32,000 nt of DNA. Origin: Candidatus Pelagibacter ubique HTCC1062. GTDB taxonomy: Bacteria; Pseudomonadota; Alphaproteobacteria; Pelagibacterales; Pelagibacteraceae. Shown one piece after another: positions 9,173-17,268 of this stretch; the first letter of the stretch is position 1, and every line of letters starts with the position of its first letter. Made by a program: the position numbers and the translations under genes. The stretch is from positions 1,230,001-1,262,000 of the forward strand of contig NC_007205.1 in assembly GCF_000012345.1 (NCBI RefSeq), read 5' to 3'. The notes beneath the pieces are model-generated. The model searched no databases, had not been told where the DNA came from, and saw nothing but the letters and a program-made list of their open reading frames with translations.

Positions 9173-9214
9173 AAAAATTGTATTTTTTTTTATCCAAAAA
9201 AATATTGTTTTGCT

Positions 9215-10543
9215 ATGTCAACTTTACCAAAAAAAGCAAAAGTCGTAATTATAGGTGGTGGGATTCATGGCTTAAGTACAGCATGGAAACTTTCTGAAAC
9301 TTATAAAAACGAAAATGACATAGTTGTTCTAGAAAAAAAAGATATCGCAGCAGGTGCAAGTGGAATTGCTTGTGGTGTTGTTAGAAATAATTATTTTCAG
9401 CCCGCTATGAGAGAATTAATGGCTCACTCAGTATCGGTTTGGGAAAGTGATCCCAAAGCATTTAAATATAACTCTGTCGGTTATTTGCAAATTTCACCGG
9501 AAGTTATGCACGAAGATGTTGCTTCAATAGCTAAACAACAAAAAGCAATAGGATATGATTCAGAATTTATAGAAGGTGAAGCAGACTGCATGAAGTATAT
9601 GAAAAATATGTTTGGTGACTGGCAAGCTCAAGGGATAACTTCAGTTCTTCATGAAAAAAAAGGTGGTTATGCATTTAATAAAGATTCTATAAAAGCGCTT
9701 GAAGAAAAATCAACATCAAATGGGGTCAAGGTTGTTAAAGGGGTAACTGTTACAGGTTTTAAAAGAGGTAGTAACAGTAAAGCTGTTACAGGTGTTGAAA
9801 CAGACAAAGGTATTATTGAGTGCGATCAAGTTGTTGTTGGTGCTGGTCCTTGGGTGAGAGATTTTTGGAATATGCTAGAGCTACCAAAAACTGCAAAAAT
9901 TAAAGATAAAGATGGTAAATTTCATGAAACTGAAATGTGGAAATACTGGATGCTACAGGAAGGTGTAATTGGTGTTGATGAGGATTTTTTAAAAATGGAT
10001 AATGGTGGTCAACCACCTGTAATTCATGTCGATTCTACGGCTCCTTTATATTCTGATAAAACAAAAAAATTAATTACTGATAAAATTTGGGGAATTTATT
10101 ATAAACCTGATATCGAAGGTTTGGGAGTACAAGGTGGAACGTCACCCTACATAGTTGATAAACATTTTGATAAAGTTAATGTTGACCCCTATGGAATTGA
10201 GTCTCCTGAATTTCAAACTACAGAAGAGTTTAATGATATGTGGTGCTCAGCTTTAGCTCATTGTCAAAAAAGATTTGAAGGAAAATCTGATCTTTATAGA
10301 AAAGGCCCTTCAGGTGGACTTGGTTGCATGACCCCTGACTCATTTCCAATTTTTGATAAATTTTTAGAAAATGTTTACATGATTGCTGATGCTAACCACG
10401 GTTACAAAATGATTGGTGTTGGTGAACTTGTTGCAAAAGAAATTCTTGGAACTGAAAGTGATTTATTAAAACCGTTTAGATTCAACCGTTACGAGAAAGG
10501 TGAACTTCACCCAACTTCTAACAGTCCGTTCCCTTGGAGTTAA
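9215..10543 (+). CDS. FAD-dependent oxidoreductase, sarcosine oxidase beta-subunit (SoxB)/DAO family, stand-alone
   Basis: N-terminal dinucleotide fold VVIIGGGIHGLSTAWKL...VVLEK, followed by GASGIACGVVRNNY. This closely mirrors the SoxB N-terminus (GGGGHGL...RSNY). 442 aa. No alpha/gamma/delta subunit genes are adjacent. Confidence 0.75.
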   Translation: MSTLPKKAKVVIIGGGIHGLSTAWKLSETYKNENDIVVLEKKDIAAGASGIACGVVRNNYFQPAMRELMAHSVSVWESDPKAFKYNSVGYLQISPEVMHEDVASIAKQQKAIGYDSEFIEGEADCMKYMKNMFGDWQAQGITSVLHEKKGGYAFNKDSIKALEEKSTSNGVKVVKGVTVTGFKRGSNSKAVTGVETDKGIIECDQVVVGAGPWVRDFWNMLELPKTAKIKDKDGKFHETEMWKYWMLQEGVIGVDEDFLKMDNGGQPPVIHVDSTAPLYSDKTKKLITDKIWGIYYKPDIEGLGVQGGTSPYIVDKHFDKVNVDPYGIESPEFQTTEEFNDMWCSALAHCQKRFEGKSDLYRKGPSGGLGCMTPDSFPIFDKFLENVYMIADANHGYKMIGVGELVAKEILGTESDLLKPFRFNRYEKGELHPTSNSPFPWS

Positions 10544-10615
10544 ACTTCAAGCCTAGACACTAATAAATTTTTCAGTTACGGTTCGTTAAATAAAAATTCA
10601 TTAGAGGGAGAGATA

Positions 10616-12085
10616 ATGACAGATTTAGATAGACACGTAAGACAACCTGGTAGAGACAAATTAGTAAAGCAAGTTAGAGCTAAGATTAATGAGCTAGGTG
10701 TTGAATATATTTTTTTTCAATTTATTTCAGTAACTGGAAGAGTTGTAGGTAAAGGTATTCCTACTGATCACTGGGAAAGAACTTGCGAAAAAGGTTTTCA
10801 ATTAGTTTACGGTGCTACAGCTAACTTATTTGTTGATCGTCATGGAGATTATATTGGTTATGGTCCAGAAGCAAAAGAGCTAGTTGGTATTCCTGATCCT
10901 GAAACTTTTTGCCAACTCCCTTGGGATAAAAAAGTTGCAAGAGTGTTTGTTACTTGCTTTAGAAATAGAGAAGAAAGAGAAAACCCAGGTGCACACTTAA
11001 CTTCAGACTGCCGTGGAAATTTAAGAATACACGCTCAAGAATTTAAAAAGAAACACGGCTACCAATTAAGAGTTGGAACAGAGCCTGAAATGATGTGGTT
11101 AACTAAAAATGAAGATGGTTCACCAACAGGTAAAGGTTTTTCTAAACCCTACTGCTATCATATTGATCAATTCGAGTCGTTAAGACCAGTATTTATGAAA
11201 GTTTTTGAATACGCTAGAGCAATGGGCTTTGACATGATTCAAGGTGATCATGAGGATGCACCAGGACAATTAGAATTAAACTGGATGTATGATGACGTAT
11301 TAAGAAATGCAGATAGACTTTCAACTTATAGACAAATTTGTGCTCAAGTTGCAAGAGAGTTTAATTTGATAGCTTGCTTTATGACAAAACCTTTTATGGG
11401 AGTGTCAGCAAGTGGTTGTCATACTAATATGTCTTTGTGGAAAGGTGGAAAAGATAAAGTTAATAAATTATCCCACAAATCAATACCAGCGATGGATGAA
11501 GTTTTCACTTATGTTGAAGGTGGAACTAATTACTTTATGCCTGATACTAAAGATATTCAGTTACCAGGTAAGATTGGATTAAAAGCAATTGGTGGAGTAA
11601 TGAAACATTTAGGTGCATTAACTGCAATTGGATCATCAACTGTAAACTCTTATAGAAGATTATGGGATACAGGTTTTTGGGCTCCTGTTTATGCTGATTG
11701 GGGATTTCAAAACAGAACATGTGGATTAAGAGTTTCTGCACCAGGAAGATTTGAATATCGTTCAGTTGACTCAATGCATAATCCTTACTTGATGGGTTCA
11801 GGATTATTGAAATGTTTTGATGATGGGATAACAAATAATATTGATCCAGGAAAACCAGAATCTAGAAGTATGTACGATGCTCAGGCAGCTGGTAAAGAAG
11901 TTAAAAAATTACCTTTAAGTCTAGGTGAAGCTTTAGATCGTCTGGCAGAAGATGAAGTGATCAAAGCAGCTATGCCAGATGAAATGTATAAAGTTTTCCA
12001 TTGGTATAAAAATGATGAATGGGAAAGATTTTTAGGGGCAACAACTCAGTGGGACTTAGATACTTATCTAGATTGTCTACCGTAA
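10616..12085 (+). CDS. Glutamine synthetase-family protein, GmaS-like paralogue (module 1, 489 aa)
   Basis: GS catalytic-domain motifs (GTEPEMMW, DHEDAPGQLELNW, SGCHTNMSLW, NSYRRL). It shares the DHEDA.GQ.E.NW variant with the second GS-like gene rather than the classical GlnA HHEV motif. Strong SD GAGGGAGAGATAATG. Confidence 0.8.
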   Translation: MTDLDRHVRQPGRDKLVKQVRAKINELGVEYIFFQFISVTGRVVGKGIPTDHWERTCEKGFQLVYGATANLFVDRHGDYIGYGPEAKELVGIPDPETFCQLPWDKKVARVFVTCFRNREERENPGAHLTSDCRGNLRIHAQEFKKKHGYQLRVGTEPEMMWLTKNEDGSPTGKGFSKPYCYHIDQFESLRPVFMKVFEYARAMGFDMIQGDHEDAPGQLELNWMYDDVLRNADRLSTYRQICAQVAREFNLIACFMTKPFMGVSASGCHTNMSLWKGGKDKVNKLSHKSIPAMDEVFTYVEGGTNYFMPDTKDIQLPGKIGLKAIGGVMKHLGALTAIGSSTVNSYRRLWDTGFWAPVYADWGFQNRTCGLRVSAPGRFEYRSVDSMHNPYLMGSGLLKCFDDGITNNIDPGKPESRSMYDAQAAGKEVKKLPLSLGEALDRLAEDEVIKAAMPDEMYKVFHWYKNDEWERFLGATTQWDLDTYLDCLP

Positions 12086-12109
12086 TCTTTAATAAAATAG
12101 GGGAAATAT

Positions 12110-13054
12110 ATGTGTGGAATAGCAGGATTAATACATAGAGGAAAATCATCCAATGTAGGAAGTGAGCTACAAGGAATGCTTCAAGCTTTAAAACATAGAG
12201 GAGAAGATTCTACAGGTTATGCTTTGTATGGAGATACTGATGGTAAAAATTTTATCATGCGTTTTAAAGTTGGAGAAAATGTTGGTGAAGGAAGTTCATC
12301 CATAATGGAAGATGTTTCTGTTTATGACAAAAGAAAGAAAATTGTTGATCAATATTTATCTGAACTAGGTGCTAAAATAGTAAAAGAGGAAAGAATTTTA
12401 CCCTACTCTTTGAGATATGAGCTTGATTATGATGTAAAAGATCTACTAGAATTTTCACAAAAGATTGAAAGTATTCCAGGTGTTGAAATTTTATCTATGG
12501 GAAAATCCTTAGAGGTAATTAAAGATTTAGGAAATGCTCAAATGGTTCTTGATAGGTATGATTTAGGTAAAGTAGTTGGAACTCATGCAATTGGCCATGC
12601 AAGAATGGCTACAGAATCTGGTGTAGATATTAAATCAGCCCACCCTTTTTGGGGTTATCCTTTCAGTGATGTATCAGTAGTTCATAACGGTCAGTTAACT
12701 AACTATTGGAACAATAGAAGAATGCTTGAAAATAAAGGCATGAGATTTATGTCTGAGTGCGATTCAGAATTAATAGCGGTTTATATTGCTCAAAAAATGA
12801 AAGAAGGAGCAAGCCTTGAAGAGGGCATGAAAGCTTCATTAACAGGTCTTGATGGAGTGTTTACATATTTTGTTGCAACTAAAGATTCTTTAGGAATGGC
12901 AAAAGATACTATGGCTGCAAAACCTTTGGTTCTTTATGAGTCAGATGATTTAGTGGCAATGGGCTCAGAAGAAATAGCAATCAGATCAGTTCTACCACAA
13001 GAGATAGATACATATGATCCATTTGATGGAGAGGTAAAAGTATGGCAAATTTAA
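12110..13054 (+). CDS. Class II (Ntn) glutamine amidotransferase, GltB domain-1-like; N-methylglutamate synthase subunit A-like (module 1)
   Basis: Catalytic N-terminal Cys (MCGIAGL). Conserved THAIGHARMATES and VVHNGQLTN blocks. Followed by GXGXG and FMN subunits. Confidence 0.8.
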   Translation: MCGIAGLIHRGKSSNVGSELQGMLQALKHRGEDSTGYALYGDTDGKNFIMRFKVGENVGEGSSSIMEDVSVYDKRKKIVDQYLSELGAKIVKEERILPYSLRYELDYDVKDLLEFSQKIESIPGVEILSMGKSLEVIKDLGNAQMVLDRYDLGKVVGTHAIGHARMATESGVDIKSAHPFWGYPFSDVSVVHNGQLTNYWNNRRMLENKGMRFMSECDSELIAVYIAQKMKEGASLEEGMKASLTGLDGVFTYFVATKDSLGMAKDTMAAKPLVLYESDDLVAMGSEEIAIRSVLPQEIDTYDPFDGEVKVWQI

Positions 13055-13896
13055 AGAATACAGAGAAAAAAACTAAAGCCCAGTCAATGGGTATGCACTC
13101 AGAAGTTTTAACAGGAAGAACTCAACAAAAGTTTTTTAATCCTGATGAAGGTGAAAACCTTTATTATTTTGGAACTTACGATGTAGATTTTAATAAAAGA
13201 ACAGAGCTAGATGTTAAAGATATGACAGCTCCAGAAGCTAATAAAGAAATTGATAACTTAATGAGCCAAGGATTTGGCACAATTGTTATTAAAAACCCTC
13301 AAGGTAAACATAGTTTAGGGGTTGGTATTTTAAATAAATTAAATTTAATTTTTGAGGGAAGTTTAGGTTATTTTGGTATGGGTTCATGTGATGGACCTAC
13401 TGTTAGAATTAATGGTAGAGTTGGTTGGTCTTGTGCAGAAAACTTAATGGCAGGAAAAGTTGTTATAGAGAAAAATGCAGGGTCTTGCTTTGGTGCCGCT
13501 ATAAGAGGTGGTGATTTAATTTGCAAAGGAAGTGTTGGTGCAAGAACTGGAATTGACATGAAGGGTGGAACTATCATTGTTGGTGGTGATGCTGGAGCGT
13601 TCACTGGTTTTATGATGCAAAGAGGAAGAATAATTATTCTTGGTGATGTTGGAATAAACTTAGGTGACTCTATGTATGATGGCACAATCTTTATTGGTGG
13701 AAAAATAGGATCATTTGGAAGTGATGCTGTGCCTGCTGATCTAACTGCTAGTGATCAAGATTGGTTAAAACGAAAATTAAAAGTTGCAGAAATTGGTGAA
13801 AAATTTGATGTTAGTAAAATGACTAAAATTGTAGCTGGTAAAAAACTTTGGAACTATGACAATCTAGAACCTCATGAAAAGAAAGGAGCTATCTAA
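13042..13896 (+). CDS. GXGXG-motif protein, GltB C-terminal-domain-like; N-methylglutamate synthase subunit B-like (module 1)
   Basis: Repeated beta-helix G-x-G-x-G turns (GKVVIEKNAGSCFGAAIRGGDLICKGSVGARTGIDMKGGTIIVGGDAG...). The start overlaps the upstream gene by 13 nt. An alternative Met at 13087/13093 is possible. It has an N-terminal extension of roughly 45 aa relative to the module 2 paralogue. Confidence 0.78.
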   Translation: MANLKNTEKKTKAQSMGMHSEVLTGRTQQKFFNPDEGENLYYFGTYDVDFNKRTELDVKDMTAPEANKEIDNLMSQGFGTIVIKNPQGKHSLGVGILNKLNLIFEGSLGYFGMGSCDGPTVRINGRVGWSCAENLMAGKVVIEKNAGSCFGAAIRGGDLICKGSVGARTGIDMKGGTIIVGGDAGAFTGFMMQRGRIIILGDVGINLGDSMYDGTIFIGGKIGSFGSDAVPADLTASDQDWLKRKLKVAEIGEKFDVSKMTKIVAGKKLWNYDNLEPHEKKGAI

Positions 13897-15320
13897 TGGC
13901 TAAAAAGAAAACAAAAAAAAATGAAAAAAAATTAAAAAAAGCTAAAGGTAGTGTTGGTGGAAAAGCTGATGTTCATGCACATGAAGATGGTAAAAGAAAT
14001 AAAAGTCTATTAGGTCACAATGCTATTTTTACTCCTGAAGTTATAGACGATATTCATATCAAAGCTCAACTTGGAAGATACAGAATGCGTGGAATGGCAT
14101 TAATGAAAAAAATTCCAACATTTGATGATTTAGTATTCCTACCAGGAACTCTTACTAGATTTGTAATTGAAGGTTATAGAGAAAAATGTGAAACAAAAAC
14201 TATTATCGGTCCTAATTGTGAGAACCCGATTGAACTAGATATACCAGTATATATTACAGGTATGAGTTTTGGTGCGCTTTCTTATGAAGCTAAAACTGCT
14301 TTAGCAAGAGGAGCAACAATGGCTGGAAGTGCTACTTGTTCAGGAGAGGGTGGAATGATTCCAGATGAAAGAAGATATTCTGAAAAATGGTACTATCAAT
14401 GTATTCAATCAAGATACGGGTTTAACCCTCACCACGCTCAACTTGCTGATGCAATAGAAGTGTTTATTGGTCAAGGACAAAAAGTTGGAATGGGTGGACA
14501 TTTAATGGGTCAAAAAGTTACTGATCAAGTTGCAGAAATGAGATCTTTACCATCTGGTATTGATCAAAGATCTCCAGCAAGACACCCCGACTGGCTAGGT
14601 CCAGATGATTTAGCTTTAAAAGTTGAAGAATTAAGACAACTTACAAAAAACAAAGTACCAATTCAGTTAAAACTAGGTGCATCAAAAGTTTATGATGATG
14701 TTCGTATGGCTGCAAAATGTAATCCTGACTCAATCTTTTTAGATGGTATGGAAGGTTCAACTGGAGCTGGTCCACATATAGCTGCTGCAAATACTGGTAT
14801 CCCAGGAATTGCTGCAATCAGAGAAGCAAGAAGAGCTATTGATGATGTGGGTAAAACTGGACAGGTAACTTTAATTTATGCAGGTGGTATTAGAGATGGT
14901 GCTGATATGGCGAAGGCTTTAGCCTTAGGTGCTGATGCAATAGCAATTGGAACTGGTGCTTTAATAGCCTTAAACTGCAATAAAGATATTCCAGAAGCAA
15001 ACTTTGAAAAAGAAATGGGTGTTAAGGCTGGTGACTGTTATCACTGCCACACTGGTCGTTGTCCAGTTGGTGTTGCAACCCAAGATCCTAAATTAAGAGC
15101 TAGATTAAATCCTGATGATGCTGCTTTAAGAGTTTATAATTACTTGCATGCAATGACATTAGAGGCTCAACTTTTAGCAAGAGCTTGTGGTAAAACTAAT
15201 ATTCACTCATTAGAACCAGAGGATTTAGCTGCACTAACAATGGAAGCTTCTGCACTAGCAAAAGTTCCTTTAACAGGAACCAACTTCACTGTTGGTGTTG
15301 ATAACTATCACAAAATATAA
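13896..15320 (+). CDS. FMN-binding glutamate synthase domain protein (GltB domain-2-like); N-methylglutamate synthase subunit C-like (module 1)
   Basis: Conserved blocks ITGMSFGALS, GQG.K.G.GGHL.GQKV, LDGMEGSTGA, AGGIRDGADMAKALALGADA, CHTGRCPVGVATQDP. TAATG stop/start overlap with the preceding gene. Lys-rich N-terminal tail. Confidence 0.85.
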   Translation: MAKKKTKKNEKKLKKAKGSVGGKADVHAHEDGKRNKSLLGHNAIFTPEVIDDIHIKAQLGRYRMRGMALMKKIPTFDDLVFLPGTLTRFVIEGYREKCETKTIIGPNCENPIELDIPVYITGMSFGALSYEAKTALARGATMAGSATCSGEGGMIPDERRYSEKWYYQCIQSRYGFNPHHAQLADAIEVFIGQGQKVGMGGHLMGQKVTDQVAEMRSLPSGIDQRSPARHPDWLGPDDLALKVEELRQLTKNKVPIQLKLGASKVYDDVRMAAKCNPDSIFLDGMEGSTGAGPHIAAANTGIPGIAAIREARRAIDDVGKTGQVTLIYAGGIRDGADMAKALALGADAIAIGTGALIALNCNKDIPEANFEKEMGVKAGDCYHCHTGRCPVGVATQDPKLRARLNPDDAALRVYNYLHAMTLEAQLLARACGKTNIHSLEPEDLAALTMEASALAKVPLTGTNFTVGVDNYHKI

Positions 15321-15329
15321 GAGGTAAAT

Positions 15330-15731
15330 ATGGTTAAGAAAAAAACGAAAATAAAAGTAAAAAAAGAAAATCTAGGTGGAAAGTCTAAAGAAACTGCTAG
15401 AGAAAAAATGATTGGGCAACATATTGGTTATAGATATGATGTTAACTTACTCCCTGATTATAAAAAAATCACTCCATTCTTAAAAAAGTATATTGAAGCA
15501 ATGGGATGGGATGATCTTAATTGGCTAGAAGATATACACATGGGTTATGAAGAAGATAGACCTGCTGTATTTTGTAGAAATGCAAATGGCTGGGTTACAA
15601 TTCCAAAATCAATCAAATTGCCAAACAACCAACAAGACAGAGATATGATCGCAAGAGAGCTTTTAGTTAAGTTTCAAATGTCTAAAAAACACCCTCTTGT
15701 TGATTTGAAAAAAGCTTACCTTAAGTTTTAG
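15330..15731 (+). CDS. Hypothetical protein (133 aa) with Lys-rich N-terminus, embedded between the mgsC-like gene and amt
   Basis: ORF with an AGAGG SD, 9 nt after the upstream stop. No family recognised. The N-terminus MVKKKTKIKVKKENLGGK resembles that of the preceding gene product. Confidence 0.5.
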   Translation: MVKKKTKIKVKKENLGGKSKETAREKMIGQHIGYRYDVNLLPDYKKITPFLKKYIEAMGWDDLNWLEDIHMGYEEDRPAVFCRNANGWVTIPKSIKLPNNQQDRDMIARELLVKFQMSKKHPLVDLKKAYLKF

Positions 15732-15801
15732 TACCTCAATCAAAGGTTGATTATTTTTCAAAACTTGTAGTTATTACTTGCTTATTTAAGCAATGTATAG
15801 T

Positions 15802-15828
15802 TTGTCACGTCTCTATAAATTTTATAGT
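15802..15828 (+). promoter_or_regulatory. Putative sigma70-type promoter for amt
   Basis: TTGTCA (15802-15807) and TATAGT (15823-15828) with a 15-nt spacer, about 28 nt upstream of the amt ATG. The palindrome TTGCTTA-TT-TAAGCAA lies just upstream at 15778-15793. Confidence 0.35.
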
Positions 15829-15856
15829 CTTTCTTAAAACTAATAGGAGAGAGATT

Positions 15857-17257
15857 ATGGATGATCAATTAGGCGCTCTTACAGTTATATTTACAGAATT
15901 TTACTACTGGGTAACAGTGGTATTAATGTTCCTGATTCACGTCGGGTTTTGTATGTATGAAGTTGGAGCCTCACGATACAAGCATCACCAACATACTTTA
16001 ATGAAAAATACCATGGTAATACCACTAGTAACGGTAACCTGGTTTTTCTTTGGTTGGTGGATTTACTGGGCATTCCCAACAGGACCGGGAATAGCACCTT
16101 CAATAATGAATGAGAGTTCAGCATTAATTACTGATGAAAGTACTTTTAGTGCGAAATGGTATGTGGCAAATACTGAATTTATGGCTGTCAACTTAGGTGA
16201 CCGTATAAGTGGAGTATTCTGGGCTGCATTCTTACTATTTTCATGGACAGCTGCTTCAATTGTTTCTGGAGCAATCATTGAAAGAATTACAACTTTTGCA
16301 TTTGGTATTTTAGCAATTGCAATTGGTTCGTGTTTCTGGGTAATTGATGCTGCTTGGGGATGGCACTTTGATGGATGGATGCTTAAAATTTTAGGGTATC
16401 ATGACGCTTATGCATCAGGAGTAATTCACGCAATTGCGGGTGGATTTGCTTTAGGTGTTCTAATCGTACTAGGACCTAGAATTGGAAAATTCTCATCAAG
16501 TGGTGAACCAAGAAATATAGGACCAAGAAATCCATGGCTAGTTACAGTTGGATTATTTTTAATCTATACTGGTTTCTGGGGATTTTATGCGGCATGTAAT
16601 ATACCAATATTTGATCTTGGACCTGAGTATGGAATGGAAGGTGTCACATACTGGACAGCAACAAACATATATGTAACCCCAACCACACTGAGTGGAATAA
16701 CCTATAACTTCTTGATGTCACTATCAGGTGGATTATTGGCTGGATACGTGGTCGCTAAAGGTGATCCATTCTGGACTTACTCAAGTGGACTGGCTGGTAT
16801 CATCTGTGCATCTGCAGGTAATGATTTGTATCACCCGATACAAGCAATGCTTATTGGTGCAATCGGTGTAGTTATTTCATATAAAATGCATTACTGGGTT
16901 GAACGTAAGTTCAAAATTGATGATGCAGTTGGTGCAGTAGCAGTGCATGGTTATGCAGGGTTTGTTGGTCTTGTAATTTGTGGATTTGTTTTAAATGGCT
17001 ATCCTTCATCTGGATACAGTGTTGGAGCTATGTGGGACGGATCAACTTATGCATCAATCAATCCACTGGGACAATTCCTTGGAGCAATTATAATGTTCGG
17101 AGTTCTTGGAATGTTACCAGGTTATGTTTTAGCTAGAATACTAAGCGCATTTGGCAAATTAAGAATACCACGTGAAGTTGAAATAGCTGGACTAGACTAT
17201 GAAATAATGGAGGACGATAGAGAAGCTGAAAAAGCGGTCGCCTCTGCAACTAGGTAA
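15857..17257 (+). CDS. amt: Ammonium/methylammonium transporter, Amt family (divergent)
   Basis: About 11 hydrophobic helices. Amt signatures are present in modified form (HDAYASGVIHAIAGGFALG and DDAVGAVAVHGYAGFVGL contain the twin-His positions). Strong SD AGGAGAGAGATTATG. Confidence 0.85.
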   Translation: MDDQLGALTVIFTEFYYWVTVVLMFLIHVGFCMYEVGASRYKHHQHTLMKNTMVIPLVTVTWFFFGWWIYWAFPTGPGIAPSIMNESSALITDESTFSAKWYVANTEFMAVNLGDRISGVFWAAFLLFSWTAASIVSGAIIERITTFAFGILAIAIGSCFWVIDAAWGWHFDGWMLKILGYHDAYASGVIHAIAGGFALGVLIVLGPRIGKFSSSGEPRNIGPRNPWLVTVGLFLIYTGFWGFYAACNIPIFDLGPEYGMEGVTYWTATNIYVTPTTLSGITYNFLMSLSGGLLAGYVVAKGDPFWTYSSGLAGIICASAGNDLYHPIQAMLIGAIGVVISYKMHYWVERKFKIDDAVGAVAVHGYAGFVGLVICGFVLNGYPSSGYSVGAMWDGSTYASINPLGQFLGAIIMFGVLGMLPGYVLARILSAFGKLRIPREVEIAGLDYEIMEDDREAEKAVASATR

Positions 17258-17268
17258 AGGAGAAAAAT

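Noticed and set aside
10544-10615. Possible riboswitch or attenuator in the leader of the module 1 GS-like gene
   Set aside because: The spacer is only 72 nt. I could find no convincing stem-loops or known riboswitch core motifs, only a strong SD.
11547-11834. Antisense ORFs inside both GS-like genes (11547-11834 and 21551-21799)
   Set aside because: They are Leu/Gln/His-rich and low-complexity, opposite conserved GS catalytic motifs. Their occurrence in both paralogues reflects shared codon composition, not a conserved antisense gene.
13368-13685. 105-aa Pro-rich minus-strand ORF inside the module 1 GXGXG gene, with a similar one at 18774-18977 in module 2
   Set aside because: The reverse complement of Gly-rich GGN codons gives Pro-rich open frames. 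Both lie antisense to strongly motif-supported genes.
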